DNA from: an uncultured delta proteobacterium
GTDB taxonomy: Bacteria > Desulfobacterota > Binatia > Binatales > Binataceae
Reading direction: 5' to 3'
DNA length: 64,000 bases
Assembly (NCBI GenBank): GCA_963794325.1
Contig: CAWCDG010000009.1
Location: 1-64,000, forward strand
Part shown: piece by piece, positions 42,310 through 51,988 of the stretch
How the letters are laid out: every line of letters starts with the position of its first letter
How positions within the stretch are numbered: position 1 is the first letter of the stretch
Translations under genes and position numbers: made by a program
Notes under the pieces: model-generated
What the model was told of the DNA's origin: nothing
The model's database searches: none
The model's input: only the letters and a program-made list of their open reading frames with translations

Positions 42310-43203
42310 TCAAGTGATTTCCCCTTCCCGCGTATGGTCCGACTGCACATGCTCCCACGCGTGATACGAACTCCGGACCAGTGGCCCGGACTCAACATGA
42401 TGGAATCCCATCGCGAGCGCCGCCGTCTTGATCTCCGCGAACTCCGCCGGCGGCACGTATCGCGCGACTGGAATGTGATCGGCTGACGGACGCAGATACT
42501 GCCCGAGCGTCAGAATGTCGCATTCGACCGCGCGCAAGTCGCGGATCACCCCGAGCAATTCGTCGTTGGTCTCGCCCAGACCGAGCATCACCCCGGCCTT
42601 GGTGAACATCGGCTTGCCGATCTTTCGCGCGACGTCCTTCGCATGGCGGATCACATCGAGCGAGCGCTGGTAATTCCCGCCCGGCCGCACCGCGCGATAG
42701 AGACTCGGCACCGTTTCGATATTGTGGTTGTAGATATCGATTGGCGATTCGACCACCGTCCGAACGCTGTCGAACGATCCCTGGAAGTCGGGCACCAGCA
42801 CTTCGACCCGCGCCGGCTCAGGATTCGATTTGATCGCATGCGCAGTTGCCGCAAAATGCGCCGCGCCGCCGTCTGGCAAATCGTCGCGATCGACCGACGT
42901 CACGACGACGTGTTGCAGGCCCAACCGCGCGACCGCTTCCGCGATTCGACGCGGCTCGTCACTGTCGAGCGGACGCACCTTGCCGTGCGCCACCGCGCAA
43001 TACGGGCAATTGCGCGTGCACACATCGCCCATCAGCATGAACGTCGCCGTGCGATGCGAAAAGCATTCGCCGATATTCGGGCAGCACGCCTCCTGGCAGA
43101 CCGAATGCAGCTTCAGCTCGCCGAGAATCGCCTTCGTCCGAAAGTACTCCGGCGACACCGGCGCGCGAACCTTGATCCAGTCGGGATGCTTCCGTTCAGC
43201 CAT
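42310..43203 (-). CDS. lipA: lipoyl synthase
   Basis: CQEACCPNIGEC, CTRNCPYC, GQYLRP, GPLVRSSY. Confidence 0.96.
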   Translation of the reverse strand: MAERKHPDWIKVRAPVSPEYFRTKAILGELKLHSVCQEACCPNIGECFSHRTATFMLMGDVCTRNCPYCAVAHGKVRPLDSDEPRRIAEAVARLGLQHVVVTSVDRDDLPDGGAAHFAATAHAIKSNPEPARVEVLVPDFQGSFDSVRTVVESPIDIYNHNIETVPSLYRAVRPGGNYQRSLDVIRHAKDVARKIGKPMFTKAGVMLGLGETNDELLGVIRDLRAVECDILTLGQYLRPSADHIPVARYVPPAEFAEIKTAALAMGFHHVESGPLVRSSYHAWEHVQSDHTREGEIT

Positions 43204-43966
43204 CGTTAGCCATCAACACAGCGGTCGGAATAATCTGCGCCGCGGACACAGAAGCAATTTCACTATAATTGAATACGCGCGCGAAACTCTCGCACATCAC
43301 GCCGGCGAACTCCCTAACTGACACCGCGCGATTCATCAATTCGGACACCGATGTCATGCGGCATCCTTCGATTCCGCATGGCACGATCGAATCGAAGTAG
43401 CTGAGATCGGTGGACACGTTCAGCGCGAAGCCGTGCCACGTTGTCCAGCGCCGGATACCCACGCCGATCGACGCGATCTTGCGCACTCCGACCCACACCC
43501 CGGTCATCGCATCGCGCCGCCCCGCGTCGATGCCGAAGTTTGCGAGCGCGTCGATCATCGCCGCCTCGAGATTTCGAAGATACTTGGTAACGTCGCGATC
43601 GCGCCCTTCAAGTTTGAGAATCGGATACCCGATCAACTGCCCCGGCCCGTGATACGTGACCTGCCCCCCGCGCGACACCCGCCGAACCGGCACCCGGTCT
43701 TTATTGCCAATAATAAACCGCTCATCAGCTCCGCGCCCAAGTGTAAAAACATGGGGATGCTCCATCATCAGGAGCGTATCGCCAATCGATCCCTCGATCC
43801 GCGCCGCGAGCATCGAAGTCTGAATCGCAAGCGCGTCGTCATAATCGACAACCCCCAACTCCGCAACGGCGACCGCTCTTCCCCTCTCCCCGTCCGGTTC
43901 CCTTTCCCGCGAGGCCCGAAAAAAGGGGTTAGGGGTTAGGTTTCTTGCATCGGCTTGAACGTCCAT
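43196..43966 (-). CDS. lipB: octanoyltransferase
   Basis: EHPHVFTLG, RGGQVTYHGPGQL, KIASIG, HGFALNV, IVPCG. Confidence 0.94.
   Translation of the reverse strand: MDVQADARNLTPNPFFRASREREPDGERGRAVAVAELGVVDYDDALAIQTSMLAARIEGSIGDTLLMMEHPHVFTLGRGADERFIIGNKDRVPVRRVSRGGQVTYHGPGQLIGYPILKLEGRDRDVTKYLRNLEAAMIDALANFGIDAGRRDAMTGVWVGVRKIASIGVGIRRWTTWHGFALNVSTDLSYFDSIVPCGIEGCRMTSVSELMNRAVSVREFAGVMCESFARVFNYSEIASVSAAQIIPTAVLMANDG
43893..43942 (-). repeat. degenerate family A repeat in lipB 5' region
   Basis: reverse complement AACCTAACCCCTAACCCCTTTTTT...GCGGGAAAGGGAACCGGA. Confidence 0.75.
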
Positions 43967-43968
43967 CG

Positions 43969-45381
43969 TCAAAAGTCTATCGCTTCCCCATCAGCCGCCA
44001 AAGCCGCCTGCATGATCGCCTCCGACATCGTCGGATGCGGATGCGCCGTCTTTCCGATTTCCGTGACCGTCGTCTCGAGCGCCTTGCCCAGCACGACCTC
44101 CGAAATGATGTCGGTGGCGGCGTGTCCGATTATCTGGCATCCAATCACTTCGCCGTACTGCTTGGTCGCAACGATCTTTACGAAGCCCGCGGTCTCGCCA
44201 ATCGCCACCGCCTTGCCCATCGCGCGAAACGGAATCTTTCCGACCTTGACCTCGATACCGCGCGCCTTCGCCTCCGCCTCGCTGAGTCCGACCGTCGCAA
44301 CTTCCGGCTCGCAGTAGATACATCCCGGGATTGCCAGCAAGTCGAACCCCGGCTCGCGCACCCCCGCCATGATTTCCACTGCCGCGATTCCCTCCGAGCT
44401 CGCCTTATGCGCCAGCAGCGGCGGCCGAATCACATCGCCAATCGAGTAGATACTCGGGACCGTAGTCTGGAACGAATCGTTCACCTTGATAAACCCGCCA
44501 CGCTCCAACTCGACGCCAACTTTCTCGAGCCCGACGTTCATGCTGAGCGGAGTACGACCGACCGCGACCAGTACAACCTCGGCCTCGACAGATTTTTCAG
44601 TCCCGTTGGCATCCACCGTGACCGACCACGAATCGCCCTTTCGAGCCATCGACTTGTAGCCATGCCCCAGCATCACCGTGATGCCGCGCTTTACGAACGC
44701 GCGCCGCAACTCCTCGGCGACCTCGGCGTCGAAGCCGGGCAGCATCTGCTTTTCCAGTTCGACGATCGTAACCTTCGCGCCGAACGCGCTGTAGAAATAC
44801 CCGAACTCGAGCCCAATCGCGCCGGCCCCAATCACGACGACACTCGCCGGCATCTTGTCGAGCACCAGCGCCTCGTGGCTGGTGACAACCCCGTCGCCAA
44901 CCTTCATCCCGGGAAAGAGTTTCTCGCCGGACCCCGCCGCAATCAGAATCCTCTCCCCTTCGAGCGCCGCTGCCGCCGGCGCCGCCTTCCCCTCGACTTG
45001 GCGGAGCGCAACGGTGTGAGGCCCAGTCACAAGCGCATCAGCTTCGAAGTAATCGATCTTGTTTTTCCGTAACAGGTAAAGCACGCCCTTGGAGAGCTTC
45101 TCCGCCGCCGCCCGGGACCGCGCGATCACTTTCGCAAAATCAAACCGAATCTCCCCGGTCTCAATCCCATGCTCTTTGGATGCGCCCCGAATCGTATCCA
45201 TCGCCATCGCCGAACTGAGCAGCGCCTTGGAAGGAATACACCCCCAATTGAGACACACGCCCCCAGGCCGATCCCGCTCAATCACCGCCACCCGCATCTT
45301 CAACTGCGAGGCCCGAATCGCCGCAACATACCCCCCAGGCCCAGAACCAATCACAACAAGGTCATACCGAGAATTATCCAA
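43969..45381 (-). CDS. lpdA: dihydrolipoyl dehydrogenase
   Basis: GSGPGGY, GGVCLNWGCIPSK, GAGAIGLE, HPHPTMSE. Confidence 0.96.
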   Translation of the reverse strand: MDNSRYDLVVIGSGPGGYVAAIRASQLKMRVAVIERDRPGGVCLNWGCIPSKALLSSAMAMDTIRGASKEHGIETGEIRFDFAKVIARSRAAAEKLSKGVLYLLRKNKIDYFEADALVTGPHTVALRQVEGKAAPAAAALEGERILIAAGSGEKLFPGMKVGDGVVTSHEALVLDKMPASVVVIGAGAIGLEFGYFYSAFGAKVTIVELEKQMLPGFDAEVAEELRRAFVKRGITVMLGHGYKSMARKGDSWSVTVDANGTEKSVEAEVVLVAVGRTPLSMNVGLEKVGVELERGGFIKVNDSFQTTVPSIYSIGDVIRPPLLAHKASSEGIAAVEIMAGVREPGFDLLAIPGCIYCEPEVATVGLSEAEAKARGIEVKVGKIPFRAMGKAVAIGETAGFVKIVATKQYGEVIGCQIIGHAATDIISEVVLGKALETTVTEIGKTAHPHPTMSEAIMQAALAADGEAIDF

Positions 45382-45437
45382 GATGAAGTCCTTCCAAGTG
45401 TTTTAATCATTATTCCCCGAATCAGAGTCTGATCGTA

Positions 45438-45494
45438 GTGAAACCCGCCGTGGGTTTCACGCTTCTTTGGGCAGGGGTAACCCTGCACCTTGGT
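45438..45494 (-). repeat. palindromic repeat family B (inverted)
   Basis: GTGAAACCCGCCGTGGGTTTCAC...GGGCAGGGGTAACCCTGCACC. Confidence 0.8.
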
Positions 45495-45557
45495 ACCAAG
45501 ATGAGGGCGTGTACCTGGAGCGGGGTCTGCTTCTTAGCTTGGCAGAAACCATCAGCC

Positions 45558-45830
45558 TTAACGCCGCGAGGTTGCGAGCCACCGCTCCACAATGCTTCTC
45601 GCCAGTGTCGTGTGACCGACTCCGCGACGTTTCGCCAGCTTCTTGAGAGTCGCCAGATCGTCCTTGTAAAGCCTCAAAGCGATCTGCTCGGTGCGCGCGG
45701 GTCGAATCTGGACGTCGAGATCCTCGAGTTCGTCGCCGAATTCCTCGACGCTATGACGATTCCAGAATTTGCGCTCGGCTCTATCGCTCTCGAACTTCGG
45801 AAGCTTGCGTATTTTATCAATCATCTTCAT
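45558..45830 (-). CDS. CopG/BrnA-like antitoxin
   Basis: LPKFESDRAERKFW; C-terminal RHH-like IALRL...LKKLAKRRGVGHTTL. Confidence 0.8.
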   Translation of the reverse strand: MKMIDKIRKLPKFESDRAERKFWNRHSVEEFGDELEDLDVQIRPARTEQIALRLYKDDLATLKKLAKRRGVGHTTLARSIVERWLATSRR

Positions 45831-46206
45831 CGTCCTTTTCCTCGCCGCCAGGTGCGGTAACCCCGGACCTCGTCCGGCGCGGAGACGCGTGCACTAACGC
45901 ACAGTCGCATTGATGCGTCGAATTTCAATCGCTGACCGGCTTGACTCTCAGGCTGCATAAAAGCACTCCTTCCTCGTCGAGATCGCGCGGCTCTGCTGCG
46001 CGCAGGACACAGGTCAAAAACGCTCCGTCAGCCAACGGAGCCACCACGAACCATCTCGTTCGAGTCCCTCGTCCACCGCGCCGGACGCGCGCCAGACCAT
46101 GGCGACCGAAGACGGCGTCCGCTACGTCATCGGCATCTATGTCGCGCTCGGCCAGATGTTCAAGGCTGGCGGCGGTGAACACCAGCGTCCAGCCCAACCT
46201 CTGCAT
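45827..46206 (-). CDS. BrnT/RelE-like toxin, frameshifted near 45963
   Basis: EHLAERDI...DV.DA N-terminus; alternate frame gives ...LCVSARVSAPDEVRGYRTWRRGKGR* whose TGA overlaps the antitoxin ATG. Confidence 0.65.
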
Positions 46207-46269
46207 ACCATAATGGTATGCAGAGAGTTTATAACTCGCAAGAGGCCGGCCCGCACGACTTCGCCCAAC

Positions 46270-47070
46270 TCACTTCTTCTGAATCGGTGCGGCCGCCCAC
46301 GATTGCTGGGTCAGGATGAAAGGGTCGGGCGAGACGCTGATCTCGCCGCGAAACGGCCAGTCGAGCGCGATGATCATCACGATGATCAGCCCGAGCGTCG
46401 CCGCGAGCGTTCCGGTCATCGCCAGATGCATCGCGAAGTTCTCGTAGCCGAAGAAGTAGGTGTATGCCGTCGTGATCGCCGCTCCGAAAAACACGATCGC
46501 CCAGATGACGCCCGGGATATGTCCCTGCACCGCCGACAGCCGCGCGCTCCGCGCGTTGTACAGCTCGTTCCACGTCTTGAGCATCTCCGCTTCGATTACC
46601 GCCTCGCCTTGGGTATGCGGATCGATCGTCGCGATTGCCGTCGCGAGGTCGCGCAGCGGCTTCCATCCCTGATCCGGCGTCTTGCCGGCCCTCTGGATGG
46701 GCCATTCCTCGTCGACCACAACGCTGACGTACTTCGCCAGCGCGTCGCGAATCTCTTTTCCCTTGGCATCCGGCAAGCCCGCGGTGTCGAGGTACATGCC
46801 GCCGGCATAGTCCGATTCGTTCTCGACGATGTCAGACGCCCGGCTGAAAGATTCCCACGTGGCGATTGCGATGAATGCCAGCAGCACCGCGTACAGCACG
46901 CCGACAATCGCAAACGTGAACCCGGCCAGGTCGTTGTGAGCCCGGCGCAGGCTGACGTGGACCAATCGATGGAAGATCAGCAGACCACCGCATGAAACCG
47001 CGATGAACAGCGCGATCAGAATAGGCCCCCAGAGCCAGGTCGGGTTGTTATAGATCCAGTCGACAATCAT
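46270..47070 (-). CDS. DUF4239/bestrophin-like membrane protein
   Basis: GVLYAVLLAF, LDWPFRGEISV. Confidence 0.8.
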   Translation of the reverse strand: MIVDWIYNNPTWLWGPILIALFIAVSCGGLLIFHRLVHVSLRRAHNDLAGFTFAIVGVLYAVLLAFIAIATWESFSRASDIVENESDYAGGMYLDTAGLPDAKGKEIRDALAKYVSVVVDEEWPIQRAGKTPDQGWKPLRDLATAIATIDPHTQGEAVIEAEMLKTWNELYNARSARLSAVQGHIPGVIWAIVFFGAAITTAYTYFFGYENFAMHLAMTGTLAATLGLIIVMIIALDWPFRGEISVSPDPFILTQQSWAAAPIQKK

Positions 47071-47202
47071 TCGTGCCCCTTATCTTTTACTTTTCGGATT
47101 TAGATGCCCATTATTGTACCAAAGTACAATACCCGCTTCGCTTCAGTTATGAGCGAATAGACGCAATTGACCTTGCAGAACCAGCACTATGAAGGGAGAT
47201 GG

Positions 47203-47946
47203 ATGATGATCAACAGCTTACGAAACAGAATGTTTGCCGGTGTGGCCGCGGCGAGTTTGGCTGCCGCGCTACTGGCTTCGGGATGCTCGACGACGGTCGA
47301 GAGTGCGCCGCCCGCGGCGAAGGCGCTCGAATCGGGCGGTCCGTTGCCCAGCGCGGTGACGGGATTCCTCGGCCCCGACGCGTCGAAGCTGGCCCCGGGC
47401 CCGGAAGGCGGCGCCGCACTCGCATGGATAAATCCCAACGCTCAATGGGCCAGTTATACCAAGATACAGTTGATGCCGGTTGAGTTCTGGGCCGCTGCCG
47501 ATTCGAAAGTGTCGACAGCCGATCAGGCGGTGCTGACCGAATACTTCTACAACCAACTGCAAACCAACCTGTCCAAGAGTTTCACCCTTGTCGATCAGCC
47601 GGGACCAGGCGTGATGACTTTGCGAGTGGCGCTGATGGACGCGACAACCGCCGTCCCCGGACTTCGCACCGTCTCGGTAATCGTCCCGCAGGCGCGCGTG
47701 CTCAACATGGCGCAGTCGCTGGCGACCGACAGCTATGCGTTCGTAGGGTCCGCCGAAGCCGAAATGAAGATGACCGATTCGGTGAGCGGTGAACTGCTGG
47801 GCGAAGCAGTCGATCAGCGTGCCGGTGGCATGGGCCTCAAGGGTGCGGCGTCATTTCAATGGGGCGACGCGCAGAACGCGATGGATTACTGGTCGCAGAA
47901 AATCCCGAATCGCATTTCGCAGTTGCAGGGAAAAACTCAAAGCTAG
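47203..47946 (+). CDS. DUF3313 family lipoprotein
   Basis: lipobox LASGC, TGFLG, PGPGVMTLRVAL, DSVSGELLGEAVDQR. Confidence 0.75.
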   Translation: MMINSLRNRMFAGVAAASLAAALLASGCSTTVESAPPAAKALESGGPLPSAVTGFLGPDASKLAPGPEGGAALAWINPNAQWASYTKIQLMPVEFWAAADSKVSTADQAVLTEYFYNQLQTNLSKSFTLVDQPGPGVMTLRVALMDATTAVPGLRTVSVIVPQARVLNMAQSLATDSYAFVGSAEAEMKMTDSVSGELLGEAVDQRAGGMGLKGAASFQWGDAQNAMDYWSQKIPNRISQLQGKTQS

Positions 47947-47964
47947 CTGACAGAATCGCGCCAC

Positions 47965-48000
47965 AAAAAAAGCGGGCGTCCCCGATGCGGGGCGCCCGCC
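47965..48000 (-). terminator. terminator-like hairpin (possibly bidirectional)
   Basis: A7 then GCGGGCGTCCC...GGGGCGCCCGC. Confidence 0.55.
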
Positions 48001-48025
48001 TGCAAACTCGCCGTGAGGGGCGCAA

Positions 48026-48496
48026 ATGCAACCAACCGGTGTAGGCGCATGGGCTGGCGACTGGGCCTGGAGCCTGCCCCTGATCGTGCTGACCGTCGTG
48101 ATTCATGTATGCGGCCTCGCCGCGATCGGCGAGCGAGTCATTCGCGCTCTCGGCGAGACCGTCGAGCGCCACAGATTCATGCTCAAGTTCGCAGTCGTGA
48201 TGGGCGTGACGTCTCTGCTCGCCACTATGCTGCATGGGATCGAGGCGGCGATTTGGGCGGCCGCGTACTGGTTTCTGGCTGCGTTGCCCGACGCCAGAAT
48301 CGCGATGCTCTACTCGCTCAGCGCGATGACGAGTTACGGCCACGCCAACCTGTTCTTGAAAGGTCGATGGCAACTGATGGGTGCGTTGGAGGCGCTGAAC
48401 GGGATGCTGCTGTTCGGGCTGACGACTGCATTTCTGTTCGCGATAATCCAAAGAGTATGGCCCCTGGGAAGCAGGGATCATCATCGCGATCGCTAG
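48026..48496 (+). CDS. small ion-channel-like membrane protein
   Basis: LYSLSAMTSYG pore-like motif, EALNGMLLFGLTTAFL. Confidence 0.7.
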   Translation: MQPTGVGAWAGDWAWSLPLIVLTVVIHVCGLAAIGERVIRALGETVERHRFMLKFAVVMGVTSLLATMLHGIEAAIWAAAYWFLAALPDARIAMLYSLSAMTSYGHANLFLKGRWQLMGALEALNGMLLFGLTTAFLFAIIQRVWPLGSRDHHRDR

Positions 48497-48515
48497 TACA
48501 ACGTGATCGGATCGC

Positions 48516-49922
48516 TCACAGCAGGAGGCTCGAGGGGTTCTCGAGGAAGCGTTTCAGTTCTTGCAAGAAGCGGCCGGCCACGACGCCGTCGACGATGCGA
48601 TGGTCGAACGATCCGGTCATCATCATCGTCTTGCCGACCGCCAGCTGCCCGTTGCGCACGACCGGCCGATCCTTGATTGCACTCACGGCGAGAATCGCGG
48701 CTTGCGGCGGAACGATCACGGCCGCGAAATGCTCGACGCCGAGCATGCCCATGTTCGAGATCGAGAACGTCGCGCCGGACAGTTCGCCCGAGGTGAACCC
48801 GCCGCGGCTCGACTTGGAGACCAGTCGATGCGCCGCCCGGGAGATTTCGAGCAGCGATAACTGCTCGCATCCGTGAATCACCGGCAGGATAAGTCCGTCC
48901 TCGACCGCGACGGCGACGCCGATATTGATATTGGGATGGATGACGATGCCCTCATCCACGTAGCTGGCGTTGATCCGCGGGTAGCGGCCGAGTGCGAGTG
49001 CGCATGCCTTCACGATGATGTCGTTGTAGGTGATCGCCTCTTCGAACATCTCGGTTGCTTCGAGTGAGTCCTTCAGTCGCACCGCGTCTTCCATCGCGAC
49101 TTCGACGGTGACGTAGAAGTGAGGGATCTCGCGCTTCGACAAGGCCATTCGCTTGGCGATCGTCTTGCGCATCGCGGACAGCTCTTCGCGGGAGCCGGGC
49201 GCTCCTTCGCGCGGCGACACCAGCCGGCGAAACTTGAAGAGCTGCTGCTCGCGCAGAAAGTTGTCGATGTCGCGCTTGGTGATGCGCCCGTCGGGTCCGG
49301 TGCCGCGAACGTGAGTAATATCGACCCCGGCCTCCTCGGCGGCGCGTCGCGCCAGCGGAGAGGCGCGCAGCTTGTGACCGTCGCCCGCGTCGGCGTCGGC
49401 TCTGGGAGCGGGCGGCTCGGGTTTAGGTGGAGGCGCCGCGATCGCTGTCGGCGCGGCACTGGGATTGGCGGACATCGCAGGATGCACGTGCAAGTCGCCT
49501 GCGGACCCGTCGGTCACGACGGCCGCGGCAGCGATGGATTTTTTTGGCGTCTCTTTGCGCTCGGCGGCTTTCGGCTTGATTGCAGTTGGCTTCGGCAACT
49601 CTGTAGTCGCCGCTGCCTCGACCGCGGGATTCTCCATCGCCGACCCCGGCATCGATTTGCTATCCGCCTTCGAGTCTTTCGCACCCGCGGATTTCATCGT
49701 CGCAATCACCGCGCCGACCGGCGCGCTCTCGCCTTCGTTCAATTTGATCTGATCGAGCACGCCCTCGTCGAACGCTTCGAGCACCATGTCGGCCTTGTCG
49801 GTCTCGACCTCGGCAATCGGCTCGCCGCGTGCGATCTTGTCGCCGGGATGCTTGAGCCATCGAAGGATCTTTCCTTCCTCCATCGTGTCCGAGAGCTTGG
49901 GCATCGTGATTTCGTTGCTCAT
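48516..49922 (-). CDS. pdhC: pyruvate dehydrogenase E2
   Basis: lipoyl ETDKA, E3-binding ASPLARR...GTGPDGRI, DHRIVDG. Confidence 0.95.
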   Translation of the reverse strand: MSNEITMPKLSDTMEEGKILRWLKHPGDKIARGEPIAEVETDKADMVLEAFDEGVLDQIKLNEGESAPVGAVIATMKSAGAKDSKADSKSMPGSAMENPAVEAAATTELPKPTAIKPKAAERKETPKKSIAAAAVVTDGSAGDLHVHPAMSANPSAAPTAIAAPPPKPEPPAPRADADAGDGHKLRASPLARRAAEEAGVDITHVRGTGPDGRITKRDIDNFLREQQLFKFRRLVSPREGAPGSREELSAMRKTIAKRMALSKREIPHFYVTVEVAMEDAVRLKDSLEATEMFEEAITYNDIIVKACALALGRYPRINASYVDEGIVIHPNINIGVAVAVEDGLILPVIHGCEQLSLLEISRAAHRLVSKSSRGGFTSGELSGATFSISNMGMLGVEHFAAVIVPPQAAILAVSAIKDRPVVRNGQLAVGKTMMMTGSFDHRIVDGVVAGRFLQELKRFLENPSSLLL

Positions 49923-49939
49923 TATTTCCCGCCCAATGG

Positions 49940-50914
49940 TTAGGTCAATTGCTCCGCCGCCTTGACTATGTCACCTGCGCTCGGCAGCGACGCGTGCTCG
50001 AGATGCTTGTTATACGGCATCGGACTATCCAGTGCGGCAACCCGGACGACCGGAGCATCCAGCGAATCGAAGGCCGCCTCGTGAATCTGTGCGGCGATCT
50101 CAGCGCCGGCGCCTCCGGTGCGCCATCCCTCATACACGACGATTGCGCGGCCGGTCTTTTTCACCGACGCGACGACGGTCGCCATGTCGAGCGGGTTCAG
50201 CGTTCGCAGATCGACTATCTCGGCGTCGATCCCCGAGTTCTCGAGCACCTCGGCCGCCGCGATCGCGTCGTAAACGCACTTCGAGTAAGTGACTATAGTC
50301 ACATCCTTACCTTCCCGAATTACATTTGCCTTGCCGAACGGGACCATGTACTCGGGATCTTCCGGGACCTCTCCTTTGATGCCGTATAGCGACTCGTGTT
50401 CGAGGAATATCACGGGATCAATCTGGCGAATCGCGGTTTTCAGCAGTCCTTTCGCGTCTGCGGGTGTGGCGGGAATAACCACGCGCAGCCCGGGGCAATG
50501 GAGGAAATACGCTTCGAGGCTCTGGCTGTGTTGCGCGCCGAGCTGATGGCCCCCGCCCTGCGGCGCACGAATGACTAATGGCACGGTAGCTTTGCCACCG
50601 AACATGAAATGTATTTTGGCCGCGCTATTTACTATTTGGTCTATAGCCAGTAGCGCGAAGTTGATAGTCATCAGTTCGACTATCGGTTTCAGCCCGCCCA
50701 TCGCAGCGCCGACGCCCGCGCCGACGATAGTCAGTTCGGAAATGGGAGTGTCGCGGACGCGCTTCTCCCCATAGACCGCGAGCAGGCCGTCGGTGACCTT
50801 GAATGCGCCGCCGAAGTAGCCGACTTCCTCGCCCATGATAAAGACCCGCTCATCGCGATCGAGCTCCTCGCGCAGGGCCTGGTTCAGAGCTTCGCGGTAA
50901 GTGATCTGCGCCAT
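49940..50914 (-). CDS. pdhB: pyruvate dehydrogenase E1 beta
   Basis: DTPISE, AQHSQ, DLRTL. Confidence 0.93.
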   Translation of the reverse strand: MAQITYREALNQALREELDRDERVFIMGEEVGYFGGAFKVTDGLLAVYGEKRVRDTPISELTIVGAGVGAAMGGLKPIVELMTINFALLAIDQIVNSAAKIHFMFGGKATVPLVIRAPQGGGHQLGAQHSQSLEAYFLHCPGLRVVIPATPADAKGLLKTAIRQIDPVIFLEHESLYGIKGEVPEDPEYMVPFGKANVIREGKDVTIVTYSKCVYDAIAAAEVLENSGIDAEIVDLRTLNPLDMATVVASVKKTGRAIVVYEGWRTGGAGAEIAAQIHEAAFDSLDAPVVRVAALDSPMPYNKHLEHASLPSAGDIVKAAEQLT

Positions 50915-50919
50915 TCAGC

Positions 50920-51933
50920 TTATTTGTCTTCCGAGGCGTAAACGCCCTTGCCGAGTTCATCCATCGACGGCTCCGGGCTTTCGTCGGCGAACTTGACCGC
51001 GTCGTCTATTGTGGCGGCGACTTCGTTTTCGACGTCGTTGAGTTTCGATTCGGTTGCGCGCTTTTCGGTCAACAGGCGGCGGCGCAGATTCTTGATCGGA
51101 TCGCGCTCCTGCCAGATTCGTTCCTCGCGCTTGGATCGGTACTCGGCCGGGTCGGACATCGAATGACCGCGAAAGCGGTAGGTGACGGCCTCGATCAGCG
51201 AGGGCCCGTCACCGGCGCGGGCGCGAGCGACCGCCTCGGTCGTGGCCGTGTAAACGTCGAGCACGTCCATCCCGTCCACGCGCACGCCGGGCATCTTGTA
51301 CGGCTCTGCGAACCGGTAGAGCTCTTCCTGGCTGATCGCATTCTGGACCAGCGTGCCCATCCCGTAGAAGTTGTTCTCGCAAATGAAAACCAGCGGCAGC
51401 TTCCACAGCGACGCCATGTTCAATGTCTCGTGGAACGCGCCTTGTGGAAGCGCGCCGTCGCCGAAGAAGCAGCAGACCACCTCGGGACCTTCGTTGTAGC
51501 TGACCGCAAGCGCGAGGCCGCATGCGATCGGCAATCCACCGCCGACGATCGCGTAACCGCCCATGAAGCGCAGGTCCTGATCGAACAGATGCATCGAGCC
51601 GCCGCGGCCGTGCGAGATGCCGGTGGCCTTGCCGAACAGCTCGGCCATCACGACGCGCGGATCGGCGCCCTTGGCAAGGCAATGCCCATGCTCGCGATAG
51701 GTTGAGACGACGTAGTCCTTGTCGTAGAGCGCGTAAATCGAGCCGACGGCGACCGCCTCCTCGCCGGCGTAGAGATGACAGAACCCGGTGATTTTCCCGC
51801 GGCTGTACATCTCGGCAGTTTTCTCCTCGAACCGCCGGATCAGCGTCATGCGCCGATAGAGGTCGAGAAGCTGGCTCTCGTGCAGGGTCAGCAGCGCATG
51901 CTGCGCGGTATGCTTATGGGGTTCGAGCGCCAT
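50920..51933 (-). CDS. pdhA: pyruvate dehydrogenase E1 alpha
   Basis: GFCHLY, GRGGSMH, GDGA TPP motif, YRFRGHSMSDP. Confidence 0.95.
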   Translation of the reverse strand: MALEPHKHTAQHALLTLHESQLLDLYRRMTLIRRFEEKTAEMYSRGKITGFCHLYAGEEAVAVGSIYALYDKDYVVSTYREHGHCLAKGADPRVVMAELFGKATGISHGRGGSMHLFDQDLRFMGGYAIVGGGLPIACGLALAVSYNEGPEVVCCFFGDGALPQGAFHETLNMASLWKLPLVFICENNFYGMGTLVQNAISQEELYRFAEPYKMPGVRVDGMDVLDVYTATTEAVARARAGDGPSLIEAVTYRFRGHSMSDPAEYRSKREERIWQERDPIKNLRRRLLTEKRATESKLNDVENEVAATIDDAVKFADESPEPSMDELGKGVYASEDK

Positions 51934-51988
51934 GAACTTAATTGTAGTGAAACCCCCGCTTTGTTTCAGCAGGCAATGCATCGCCCGA

